Assembly (NCBI GenBank): GCA_036638975.1
Contig: JAVWJP010000002.1
Span: 54,375-118,374 of the forward strand
Direction of reading: 5' to 3'
From: Hydrogenoanaerobacterium sp.
GTDB lineage: Bacteria > Bacillota > Clostridia > Oscillospirales > Ruminococcaceae
DNA length: 64,000 bases
This document shows positions 46,614 through 55,701 of the stretch, piece after piece. The notes beneath the pieces are model-generated. The model was not told where the DNA came from and ran no database searches. It saw only the letters and a program-made list of their open reading frames with translations. The position numbers were made by a program, and so were the translations under genes. Each line of letters starts with the position of its first letter. Position 1 is the stretch's first letter.

Positions 46614-47009
46614 ATGTCCACAATAAAAATAAAGTTTACGGCGAAAAACCCGTATATGGTGGTGTTTTTTAGTATGCTTAAAAGTTTCTCTATAACTCTC
46701 GCAGCGCTTTTATTATCGTTTTTATTGGGCTGGGCACTGCTTAAATGGAGCTTGCCCCGACAAAGTGAAGCAATTGCTAAAAGCGCATCTTCTGTGCCCG
46801 TGGACGAGGCAGACAGCAGCTACGAATATATGCTAAAGGATTACAATGGCAGGCTGGCGGTTTTTTCTGTAGGTGCAGAAACCCCCGACATGGTTTTTGA
46901 CGTTTATATTAAAAACCTGCCCGATTTTGACAGGACAGAGCTGCAAAGCGGTATAAAAGCTAAAGACTATACCGCACTTGTAGAGCTTATTGAGGACTAC
47001 ACCAGCTAA
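46614..47009 (+). CDS. Small single-pass membrane protein, possibly BofC-N-domain-like
   Basis: 131 aa with a TM segment near aa 15-45. The C-terminal block YEYMLKDYNGRLAVFSVG...VYIKNLPDFDRTELQSGIKA resembles a BofC-type fold pattern. This is a weak call. Confidence 0.45.
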   Translation: MSTIKIKFTAKNPYMVVFFSMLKSFSITLAALLLSFLLGWALLKWSLPRQSEAIAKSASSVPVDEADSSYEYMLKDYNGRLAVFSVGAETPDMVFDVYIKNLPDFDRTELQSGIKAKDYTALVELIEDYTS

Positions 47010-47030
47010 AGCATATACTTTTTTATGCCA

Positions 47031-47056
47031 AAAAAGAGCCGTCAGGCTCTTTTTGT
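47031..47056. terminator. Bidirectional rho-independent terminator (small membrane gene / ftsZ)
   Basis: AAAAAGAGCC-GTCA-GGCTCTTTTT, a perfect stem flanked by an A-run and a T-run. Confidence 0.8.
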
Positions 47057-47066
47057 GGGCTTAAAA

Positions 47067-48269
47067 CTAATTTTTTTGGTTAAAAATCTTCATAATATCA
47101 AAGAAGTCGTTATCCTCGTCTTCTTCTACAGATGTTTGTTTAGGCTGAACTACAGGCTCGGAAAAAGGAGGCGTAAGAGGCTCTTGCTTTAGCACAGGCT
47201 CCGGCTTAACCTCGGTTACTGCCCTAATATCTGCCGGTGGAGTTATTTTTGATACGGAATTATCTATGGGAGTTTTGAAAATATAGCTCGGTATTTCTAT
47301 GCGGTTAGCATCATCGAAGCCGGTAGCTATAACAGTTACCTTCATTTCATCGTTCAAGCTTTCATCGTATGCAACACCCCAGATAAGGTTTACCTCAGGG
47401 TGAGTCGCTTCGTGTATCATGGTTGATGCTATATCAATTTCTTCAAGGTCAATATCGGGTGAAACTGTAAAGTTTACTATAACACCGTGTGCGCCGTTAA
47501 TAGAGGTTTCAAGCAGCGGGCTTGATATTGCCGCCTGAGCCGCCATTTTCGCCTTGTCCTTGCCGGAAGCACTGCCAACGCCCATATGTGCAAAGCCGGC
47601 ATCTTTCATTATGGCTGTTACATCGGAGAAATCGAGGTTTACAACGCCTGTTACATTTATGAGGTCAGATATGCTCTGTACGCCTTGACGCACGACATCA
47701 TCTGCCATTAAAAAAGCATTTGCAAGAGAAATTTTTTGGTCAGAAACAGTTTTTAGGCGCTCATTTGGTATTATAACAAGTGCATCTACCTGTTCTCTCA
47801 AAGCGGTAATGCCAAGCTCGGCTTGGTCGGCACGGCGCTTACCCTCAAAATTAAATGGTTTTGTAACAACACCTATGGTAAGTATGTCCATTTCTTTGGC
47901 AACCTCTGCTATGACAGGTGCTGCACCTGTACCTGTGCCTCCGCCCATTCCCGCGGTTATAAACACCATGTTTGTTCCGCGCAAAGCCGCGGCTATTTCT
48001 TCGCGGCTTTCTTCTGCCGCGCGCTGCCCTTTTTCGGGGTCACCGCCCGCACCGCGCCCTTTGGTAAGCTTTTCGCCTATTTGTATTTTCTGTGCTGCCT
48101 GAGAAAACATCAAAGCTTGATGATCGGTATTGACACTTACAAAATCGACCCCTTGCATACCGGATTGTATCATACGGTTTACAGCGTTGCCGCCGCCACC
48201 GCCTACTCCCAAAACTTTAATCGAAACACAGTTGTCATATTCCATGTCAATGCTAAAATTATTAAACAT
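47067..48269 (-). CDS. ftsZ: Cell division GTPase FtsZ
   Basis: [13 protein letters not shown] and [14 protein letters not shown]-terminal peptide DFFDIMKIF. Start ATG 48269 lies 9 nt after AGGAGG; the track adds 7 codons. Confidence 0.97.
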   Translation of the reverse strand: MFNNFSIDMEYDNCVSIKVLGVGGGGGNAVNRMIQSGMQGVDFVSVNTDHQALMFSQAAQKIQIGEKLTKGRGAGGDPEKGQRAAEESREEIAAALRGTNMVFITAGMGGGTGTGAAPVIAEVAKEMDILTIGVVTKPFNFEGKRRADQAELGITALREQVDALVIIPNERLKTVSDQKISLANAFLMADDVVRQGVQSISDLINVTGVVNLDFSDVTAIMKDAGFAHMGVGSASGKDKAKMAAQAAISSPLLETSINGAHGVIVNFTVSPDIDLEEIDIASTMIHEATHPEVNLIWGVAYDESLNDEMKVTVIATGFDDANRIEIPSYIFKTPIDNSVSKITPPADIRAVTEVKPEPVLKQEPLTPPFSEPVVQPKQTSVEEDEDNDFFDIMKIFNQKN

Positions 48270-48337
48270 CCAAGGTTTCCTCCTATACAATTTATGGAGT
48301 ATATTGAATAAATTAAACTGCTTACATAACTATATAC

Positions 48338-48366
48338 ATTATACTTTATCATGTTTTTGCTTTCAA
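48338..48366 (-). promoter_or_regulatory. Sigma-A-type promoter upstream of ftsZ
   Basis: Minus strand TTGAAA-17 nt-TATAAT, in the 148-nt ftsQ-ftsZ spacer. Confidence 0.55.
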
Positions 48367-48438
48367 TTCAATAGTATAGCACAACAAAAAAGCAAAATTG
48401 CGTATAAACGGGCGAAAAAATATTTATAATCCTAAAAA

Positions 48439-49596
48439 TCACTCTACAGATACAACATCCCAATTATAATCATCTGTGGAAGATTCATCGGCATTTGCAT
48501 TTTGGTCGCCTACGGACGCTTCGCTTTGTAATTTAGGCGGCTCTTTTTCTACTTCGGGTTCTTGTTGCTGCACTTCGTTTTTTGGTTGCTGCTCCGGTAC
48601 AGAAGACGATGAGCCGTCTGTGCTTGACATAAGTGAGGCGCTGTTTTGCTCGTACAAATATTCTGCATATTGGTCGGTAGTCATGCCTTGTATTTCAGAA
48701 TTCAAATGTCTTACACGTACCCTGCCGGCATAAGATGCGTCCAGCTTGCCCTCAAAATTTGGGGGTAGTTTTTCTGAAAAAACTTTTTGAACGCACTGCA
48801 TCTTGTAGCTAAGCTCCGCCTCCGCACCAAATTCAATGGTAACCTTATCTATTACGGCAATCAAATTAAATTTGTCACTTACATCAAGTATTTCGGCTTC
48901 AATAAAATTGGTTTCGGCAGCAGAACGGAAAAACGCACGCATCATGGCAACTTTTTCTTCCATTTCTTTATTGTGTGCGGTAAGCGCTATAAGCTCGGAT
49001 TTTTTTTCTTCTTTTTCTTGGGCAGTTGCTTCTACAGGCAGTTTTGCCGCAAGCTTAAAATCTTCTTGCTGCTTTAGCAGCATTTCGTCAAATGTGCCAC
49101 CCACTGCAAGCGGAAGTATATCAAAGCCTTTAACTGTCACCACTTTCGGCGGCAATTCGGCAGTATTTTCAAGTACTCTGCCCGCGGAGGAAATAACCAT
49201 ATACATTTCGCCCTGCTGCACAGCTCCTACAGGCTGTGCCTCGGTAATCTTTATAGTAACGGTATCCGGAAGGTGATAAACAAGCTTTGCTTTTTCAAAA
49301 TAGCTGTATTTTTTTACCAGTTCCGCTTCAATCTCACTGCGGCGCAGAGCAAACATATTTTCTCCCGCCGCAATTCCGCTTGAAGCTATAACATCTTGCT
49401 CGTTGTAGCGTGTAAGCCCCTCTACATTTATGTTGAGCACCTTAAAAAACACCGTAAAAATAAGCACCACACCCACGGTAAGCATAAAAACAAGCACCAT
49501 TATGTAAAGCGCGGCGGTGTTGCGGCTGCGGCGGTGTTTGTGGCGCTTTTGGCTTTGTCCGCGTCCTGTTCTATTTTCTCCAGTAGTTTTTTTCAT
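48439..49596 (-). CDS. ftsQ: Cell division protein FtsQ/DivIB with an extended C-terminal region
   Basis: Basic N-terminus, then a TM segment, then a POTRA domain (LNINVEGLTRYNEQDVIASSGI...VTIKITE). A long coiled/acidic C-terminal extension follows. Confidence 0.8.
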   Translation of the reverse strand: MKKTTGENRTGRGQSQKRHKHRRSRNTAALYIMVLVFMLTVGVVLIFTVFFKVLNINVEGLTRYNEQDVIASSGIAAGENMFALRRSEIEAELVKKYSYFEKAKLVYHLPDTVTIKITEAQPVGAVQQGEMYMVISSAGRVLENTAELPPKVVTVKGFDILPLAVGGTFDEMLLKQQEDFKLAAKLPVEATAQEKEEKKSELIALTAHNKEMEEKVAMMRAFFRSAAETNFIEAEILDVSDKFNLIAVIDKVTIEFGAEAELSYKMQCVQKVFSEKLPPNFEGKLDASYAGRVRVRHLNSEIQGMTTDQYAEYLYEQNSASLMSSTDGSSSSVPEQQPKNEVQQQEPEVEKEPPKLQSEASVGDQNANADESSTDDYNWDVVSVE

Positions 49597-49610
49597 CTTT
49601 GTTCTCCAAT

Positions 49611-50861
49611 TTATACCCTTTTTATGCGTATTCCCAATGCCGTAAGCTGCTGCTCTAGCTTTTCGTAGCCTCTGTCAATGTAATGAATATTTGTTATTGT
49701 ACTTGTGCCCTCAGCCGACATTGCCGCAAGCACCAGTGCCGCACCTCCGCGCAAATCCGTTGCCTCTACCTCGGCACTGTGAAGCGACGGCACACCCTCT
49801 ACTATGGCAACTCTGCCCTCCAGCTTAATATGTGCCCCCATTCTGCGCAATTGCGAAGCGTGCTTAAAACGGTTTTCAAATATATTTTCAACAAAAACCG
49901 AGGTTCCCTCCGCTACCGACAGCATAGCCATAACAGGTGCCTGTGCGTCTGTAGGAAAGCCGGGGTATGGCATTGTGCGCAAAAGACCTATAGAGCTTAA
50001 ACGATGGCTTGCATTAAGTGTAACAGCATTTTTGTAGCGATGCAGCGTACAACCCGCCGCTTCAAACACAGGTAAAATAGCCTCTAAGTGTCGGCAGTCT
50101 ACGCCCTTAACGTGTACATTTCCGCCTGTTACCGCACCCGCAACAAGGTAAGTAGCAGCAACAATTCTGTCGGGCATTATGGTATATTCGCACGGATACA
50201 GCTTTTCTACCCCTGCTATAGTAATAGTGCTTTCGCCTGCTCCCGCTATATTTGCGCCGCAGGCTTTAAGATAATCGGCAAGGTCTATCACCTCTGGCTC
50301 TCGCGCGGCGTTTGTTATAACGGTAACGCCCTTTGCAAGCACTGCCGCCAGCATAATGTTTTCTGTAGCTCCGACGCTTGGGAACGAAAGCATTATATTT
50401 GCCCCATGAAAACCCTTTGGTACAGTACAGTCAAGGTAACCGTGGTTCTCTGCAATTTGCATACCCATTTGAGAAAGCGACGAAATATGAAGGTCTATAG
50501 GACGCTGTCCTATCTCGCACCCTCCCGGATAGCTTAGCCTGCATTTTCCGCAGCGGGCGGCAATAGCGCCCAAAAATATAATGGACGAACGCATCTCACG
50601 CATAAGCTCATCCGGCACCTCACAGCTTTTTATATCACTGCTGTCTACCGTCACAGTGCTGCCGCTGCGCCCGCACGCACAGCCCAAATACTCAAGTATC
50701 TGCATGGCAGATTGTGTATCGAGCAAGCCGGGGCACTTGTGTAGTATGGTTTCTCCTTTGCACAAAAGCGTAGCCGCAAGCACGGGAAGACTGCTGTTTT
50801 TTGCACCCTGTACCGTCACTTCGCCCGCCGCTCTGCCACCCTTTACAAAAAAACTTTGCAT
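49611..50861 (-). CDS. murA: UDP-N-acetylglucosamine 1-carboxyvinyltransferase
   Basis: 416 aa. GAKNSSLPVLAA and the active-site Cys loop YPGGCEIGQRPIDLH. Confidence 0.95.
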   Translation of the reverse strand: MQSFFVKGGRAAGEVTVQGAKNSSLPVLAATLLCKGETILHKCPGLLDTQSAMQILEYLGCACGRSGSTVTVDSSDIKSCEVPDELMREMRSSIIFLGAIAARCGKCRLSYPGGCEIGQRPIDLHISSLSQMGMQIAENHGYLDCTVPKGFHGANIMLSFPSVGATENIMLAAVLAKGVTVITNAAREPEVIDLADYLKACGANIAGAGESTITIAGVEKLYPCEYTIMPDRIVAATYLVAGAVTGGNVHVKGVDCRHLEAILPVFEAAGCTLHRYKNAVTLNASHRLSSIGLLRTMPYPGFPTDAQAPVMAMLSVAEGTSVFVENIFENRFKHASQLRRMGAHIKLEGRVAIVEGVPSLHSAEVEATDLRGGAALVLAAMSAEGTSTITNIHYIDRGYEKLEQQLTALGIRIKRV

Positions 50862-50965
50862 ATCATCTACCTCGCATTCAAAAAACGAAGCTGTGCTTCG
50901 CTATAACCCATATTATGCGAGTAGCGCAAATGTGTGAAAAAAACAAGTTTTCAAGCTTTAAAGGC

Positions 50966-52090
50966 TCATTTTTTAAGTAAAAGCTTAATTTCTTCGTATA
51001 TTCTTTCGTTGGCATCTGTAATAGCTATTGCGGCGGCATTTTTGCCAAGCTTTGCAAGCCTGTTTTTATCTGCAATAAGCTCGCGCACTGTCTTAATAAG
51101 CAGTTCTCCCGTTAAATCTTTTTCTTCTATTAAAACGGCAGCATTGGCTTTTTGCAAAACCAGTGCATTGTAATACTGATGATTTTCGGCAACATTCGGT
51201 GATGGTATCAGTATAGAGGCTTTTCCCGCAGCTTGCAGCTCAGTTAAGGTAAGTGCACCTGCACGGCAAATTACAAGGTCTGCCGCCGCAAGGCAATCTG
51301 CCATATCATCTATGTATTCACGTATATCAAGCTGCGGATATTTTTTAATATCGCTTATTCCCTCATCTTTTAAAAGCTGAGGCAAAAGCTGCACCCCAAA
51401 ACGCCCCGTTGCGTGTATATGGTAAATATCGGCGTTTTTACAGTACCACGCCATAAGCTTGGCAACAGCCGCGTTTACAGTGCGCGCGCCGTTGCTGCCG
51501 CCAAAAGATAGTAAGCATGGACGCTCGCCTACTTCAAGCTTTTTGCGGGCTTCGTCGCGGCTTGCCTGTGCAACACCTAGCCTTACAGGGTTACCTGTAA
51601 CCACCGTTTTACAAGCCCTCGGCAAATAATCGGCGGCCTTTGGCACAGCTATTAACACAGCATCTACATATCGGCTTAAAAGCTTTGTGGTAACCCCCGG
51701 GAAGGCATTAGATTCATGCGTTAAAGTTTTTATCCCCATTTTTGCGGCTTCGCGCAGAACAGGGCCGCTAACATAACCACCTGTACCAAAAACAATATCC
51801 GGTGCAAAACGCTTTATTATTTTTTTAGCGTGTAGCCCTGCTGTTGTAAGATATGCTATAGCTTTAACGTTATTTACAAGGTTTTGTCGGCTTAACTGCC
51901 GCTGTATACCCAAAACGCGCACAGCCGCAAAGTCGAAGCCCGCCTCTTTTACAAGCCGTGCCTCCATACCGTTTGGGTTACCAACAAATAGCACAGCCGC
52001 ATCTGCGTCTTTTTGCCGCACAAGCTGTGCCACGGCAATAGCAGGGTTTATATGGCCCGCAGTGCCGCCGCAAGCAAAAAGTATTCTCAA
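50966..52090 (-). CDS. murG: Undecaprenyldiphospho-muramoylpentapeptide beta-N-acetylglucosaminyltransferase
   Basis: 374 aa. GGTAGHINPAIAVA, and the ICRAGALTLTELQAAGKASILIP block. Confidence 0.95.
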   Translation of the reverse strand: MRILFACGGTAGHINPAIAVAQLVRQKDADAAVLFVGNPNGMEARLVKEAGFDFAAVRVLGIQRQLSRQNLVNNVKAIAYLTTAGLHAKKIIKRFAPDIVFGTGGYVSGPVLREAAKMGIKTLTHESNAFPGVTTKLLSRYVDAVLIAVPKAADYLPRACKTVVTGNPVRLGVAQASRDEARKKLEVGERPCLLSFGGSNGARTVNAAVAKLMAWYCKNADIYHIHATGRFGVQLLPQLLKDEGISDIKKYPQLDIREYIDDMADCLAAADLVICRAGALTLTELQAAGKASILIPSPNVAENHQYYNALVLQKANAAVLIEEKDLTGELLIKTVRELIADKNRLAKLGKNAAAIAITDANERIYEEIKLLLKK

Positions 52091-52116
52091 ATTACCGCCC
52101 CCATATGTTATTTTTA

Positions 52117-53295
52117 TTACTCCTTGGTAAGCGCCGCACGGCGTGAAACCGAGAGCACAACGCCCATCTCTGTAAGCAACATGGTAAGCGAGGTTCCTCC
52201 GTACGAGAAAAACGGCAGGCTTATTCCTGTATTTGGTATAAGGTTTGTGACCACCGCTATATTAAGTATTGCCTGTAGCCCCACCTGAACGGTAAGCCCC
52301 ACAGCAAGCATAGCTCCAAATTTGTCGCGCGCCTTCATTGCTATAACAAAACCGCGCCATACAAGCAGCGCAAACAAAAGTATAATTATTGCGGCGCCTA
52401 CAAAGCCCAATTCCTCACAAACTATAGAGAATATAAAGTCGTTTTGCGGCTCTGGTATATATAAATACTTTTGGCGCGAGTTACCAAGCCCCAGCCCCAT
52501 AAGCCCACCCGACGCAATGGCATACAGTGACTGTATAGTTTGATAGCCTTTTCCGCGAGGGTCTAAAAAAGGGTTCAGCCAGTGCTCGACACGAGTAGAA
52601 GCATACTCTATTACACCGGGCAGCATAAGCACCGCGCCCAGCATAACTGCCGCCGCAATAACAGCTATGGCAAACCATTTTAAATCTGTACCGCCCACAA
52701 ACATCATTATAGCACCTATCCCAAAAATAAGAATCGTGCCCGAAAGGTGCGGTTCAAGTATCATAAGCCCTGCAACAACAGCTAAAATTGCCGCAAATGG
52801 CGCTATACCGTACTTAAAGGTTTTCATCTTATCTTGATTTGCCATTATAAGCTTTGCAAATATTACCACCACGGTAAATTTTGCTATCTCCGACGGTTGT
52901 ATGCTGCCTCCTCCCGGCAGCCATATCCACCTTGTTGCATTGTTGCTGGGCGTCATAAAAAGCACAAGCACCAAAAGCATAAGCGAAAACACAAACATGG
53001 GCACAGCCAGCCTGTTAAACCAGCGGTAATCAAAAACCGCCGCACTTATCATACCCACTATTCCAAGCCCCGCCCATAAAAGCTGCTTTCTTACATAATA
53101 AAAGCTGTCATTGTTGTGGTAAAGGGCGTTGGCGTAGCTTGCAGAGAACAGCATAATAAGCCCAAAGGTTGCCAGCAAAAGCACAAGCACCAAAAAGGTG
53201 ATATCTATGCTGCCAACAGTTTCTTTGGGCGCGGCTTCGCGCACTCTCATTCTCTTTTTAGCTTTTCCCATGCTATGGGCGTTTGCCTGTGACAC
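52117..53295 (-). CDS. ftsW: SEDS-family peptidoglycan polymerase FtsW/SpoVE
   Basis: 392 aa polytopic. PSEIAKF, the SLPFFSYGGTS motif and EPQNDFIFS. Confidence 0.93.
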   Translation of the reverse strand: MSQANAHSMGKAKKRMRVREAAPKETVGSIDITFLVLVLLLATFGLIMLFSASYANALYHNNDSFYYVRKQLLWAGLGIVGMISAAVFDYRWFNRLAVPMFVFSLMLLVLVLFMTPSNNATRWIWLPGGGSIQPSEIAKFTVVVIFAKLIMANQDKMKTFKYGIAPFAAILAVVAGLMILEPHLSGTILIFGIGAIMMFVGGTDLKWFAIAVIAAAVMLGAVLMLPGVIEYASTRVEHWLNPFLDPRGKGYQTIQSLYAIASGGLMGLGLGNSRQKYLYIPEPQNDFIFSIVCEELGFVGAAIIILLFALLVWRGFVIAMKARDKFGAMLAVGLTVQVGLQAILNIAVVTNLIPNTGISLPFFSYGGTSLTMLLTEMGVVLSVSRRAALTKE

Positions 53296-53326
53296 CCCGC
53301 ACCAGCCCCTTTAAAATTAATAAATA

Positions 53327-54334
53327 TTACAGCCTGTTTGCAGCCAGCACAGCTACAATGCAGCCCACAGCCGCCACAAGCGAAAACAGAGCAACTATGC
53401 GTTTTTCGCTGTAGCCTGACATTTCAAAATGGTGGTGTATGGGGCTCATTTTAAAAATGCGCTTGCCTGTAAGCTTAAAGCTTGCCACCTGCAAAACTAC
53501 CGAGCCCGCCTCGCAAATATAAACTATACCTATAGGTATTAAAAAAGCGGGCAGACCTACACCAAAGCCCATTGCCACCACAAGCCCTCCCAAAAACATC
53601 GAGCCTGTATCTCCCATAAAAATTTTAGCGGGGTAAAAGTTCCATATAAGATATCCTATCATTGCACCTGCAACCGACACCGCCAGTATACTCATTTCGT
53701 TGTTTTTAAGCATTCCGGCAAGTATCAAAAATGCTGCCGAAACAACAAATGTAACCGAGCCGCAAAGCCCGTCTATTCCATCGGTAAGGTTTACCGCATT
53801 AACCAAAAATATTATAAACAGCAGCATGACGGGGTAATACAAAATACCCATGTCAAGCGCACCGAAAAACGGCAAAATTATAACTGTAGAGCTGTCGCCG
53901 CGTATATACAGTGTTACCATATAAAAGACAGAAATTACCACCTGCATTATTATTTTTTGCATGGCTGTAAGCCCCAAATTATGTTTGCGCACTACTTTTA
54001 TATAATCATCTATAAAACCCATAAAACCAAAAGCAAGCGACATAACAAGCCCTGCCATAAGGCGGACAACATTCATTTCACCCGCAAAGCTGTGCTGCAT
54101 TGTTTCAAAAACATATGCAATATAACCGGCAGTAACTGCAACAAGTATACCTATTATAAAAAGTATACCGCCCATAGTCGGTGTACCTTGCTTGTTTTTA
54201 TGCCATGTCGGCCCTATGTCATTTATTGGCTGTCCGTACTTTACCTTATGCAAAAAAGGGACAAGCCACACCCCAAGCCCCGCAGTAACCGCAAAGGCAA
54301 GCGCTGCCGTAAAAACCACTATAAAAGCATTCAT
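53327..54334 (-). CDS. mraY: Phospho-N-acetylmuramoyl-pentapeptide transferase
   Basis: 335 aa. NLTDGIDGL, GDTGSMFLGG and PIHHHFE motifs. Confidence 0.97.
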   Translation of the reverse strand: MNAFIVVFTAALAFAVTAGLGVWLVPFLHKVKYGQPINDIGPTWHKNKQGTPTMGGILFIIGILVAVTAGYIAYVFETMQHSFAGEMNVVRLMAGLVMSLAFGFMGFIDDYIKVVRKHNLGLTAMQKIIMQVVISVFYMVTLYIRGDSSTVIILPFFGALDMGILYYPVMLLFIIFLVNAVNLTDGIDGLCGSVTFVVSAAFLILAGMLKNNEMSILAVSVAGAMIGYLIWNFYPAKIFMGDTGSMFLGGLVVAMGFGVGLPAFLIPIGIVYICEAGSVVLQVASFKLTGKRIFKMSPIHHHFEMSGYSEKRIVALFSLVAAVGCIVAVLAANRL

Positions 54335-55701
54335 TTATTATTCCACTCCTCGTAAAACTGCTTTATAACTTCCTCAAGCTTCATGCCGCGGCTGGCTTTA
54401 AACCATATAATATCTTTGTCTTTAGCTATCCTTATAATATACTCCGCAAGCTCATTTTTATTTTTAAAGTGTATGGCATCATTTATTCCACACATCTTTG
54501 CAGCTGCAACCATTTGCCGCGAAAGCTCTCCAAAAGCATAAAGAGAGTCTATTTTAAGCTTTGCCGCAATCTCGCCCATCTTTTTATGCGCACCCTCTGC
54601 AAAATCTCCAAGCTCCAGCATATCCGCCGCTATAACTATACGTCTGCCGTCACACGGCATTTCGCTTAAAGTATGCAGTGCCGCCGCAAAAGAATTGGGG
54701 CTGGCGTTATAACAATCCTCTACAACTGTAACGCCGCCGTACTTAGTCATTTTTTGCCTCATTCCCGTAGGAGAATACCCCGCAAGCGCCCTTGCAGCTT
54801 CATGCGGTACAACACCTGCCAAAACTCCCGCAGTAAAGCCCGCCAACGCATTTAAAACGTTATGTCTGCCCAAAGCCGGTATAATTGCCGAATAGCGGCT
54901 ATCCTTATAAAGTATCTCAAAGCTTGTAGAGCTGTTTTCAATCTTTATATTTTCTGCCAGTACATCACAGCTTTTATTGTTTATGCCGAAGCGAACTATA
55001 TTAAAGCGCGGGTTGTCATATGTACAAAGCAAATCATCATCACCGCAAAGCACAAGTGCTGCTCCCGCAGTAAGCCCAGAGGTAATCTCGGTTTTCGCCT
55101 TAAATATACCCTCGCGACTCCCCAAAAGCTCTATATGCGAAACACCTATATTTGTAATAATTGCAATATCGGGGCGTGCGCAGAGCGAAAGCTCCTCTAT
55201 TTCGCCAAATCCCGACATACCCATTTCTACCACAGCCGCCTCGTGAGAGCTTTCTATACTAAGCACCGTTTGCGGAACGCCTATCTCATTATTAAGGTTT
55301 GCCTGAGTTTTTACCGTGCTGTAAGCCGCACTAAGCACAGCGGCTGCCATGTCGCGGGTGCCCGTTTTGCCTACGCTGCCTGTAACCGCAACTATTTTTG
55401 CAGAAAGCCCCAAACGGTAAAGCGCGGCAATGCGCCTAAAGGCACTTTGTGTGTTGCCCACAAACAGCACCTTATCCGCAGGATAATCGCCTTTAATGTC
55501 GGCAACCGCATAGGCGGCACCTGCCGCAAGCGCTGCGTTTATATAGCTGTGCCCATCAAATTTTTCTCCGTGCAGTGCAACAAAAAGGCAGCCCTGGCGA
55601 ATATCGCGTGAATCTGTCGTGACAAAGCTTATTGTTCCAAATGGCTTTTTGTCGGCACATATAACCTCACATATTGCCGAGAGAGAAAGCGTCATGTTCA
55701 T
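54331..55701 (-). CDS. murF: UDP-N-acetylmuramoyl-tripeptide--D-alanyl-D-alanine ligase
   Basis: 456 aa. The Mur ligase P-loop VTGSVGKTGT, and DCYNASP. Confidence 0.94.
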   Translation of the reverse strand: MNMTLSLSAICEVICADKKPFGTISFVTTDSRDIRQGCLFVALHGEKFDGHSYINAALAAGAAYAVADIKGDYPADKVLFVGNTQSAFRRIAALYRLGLSAKIVAVTGSVGKTGTRDMAAAVLSAAYSTVKTQANLNNEIGVPQTVLSIESSHEAAVVEMGMSGFGEIEELSLCARPDIAIITNIGVSHIELLGSREGIFKAKTEITSGLTAGAALVLCGDDDLLCTYDNPRFNIVRFGINNKSCDVLAENIKIENSSTSFEILYKDSRYSAIIPALGRHNVLNALAGFTAGVLAGVVPHEAARALAGYSPTGMRQKMTKYGGVTVVEDCYNASPNSFAAALHTLSEMPCDGRRIVIAADMLELGDFAEGAHKKMGEIAAKLKIDSLYAFGELSRQMVAAAKMCGINDAIHFKNKNELAEYIIRIAKDKDIIWFKASRGMKLEEVIKQFYEEWNNK

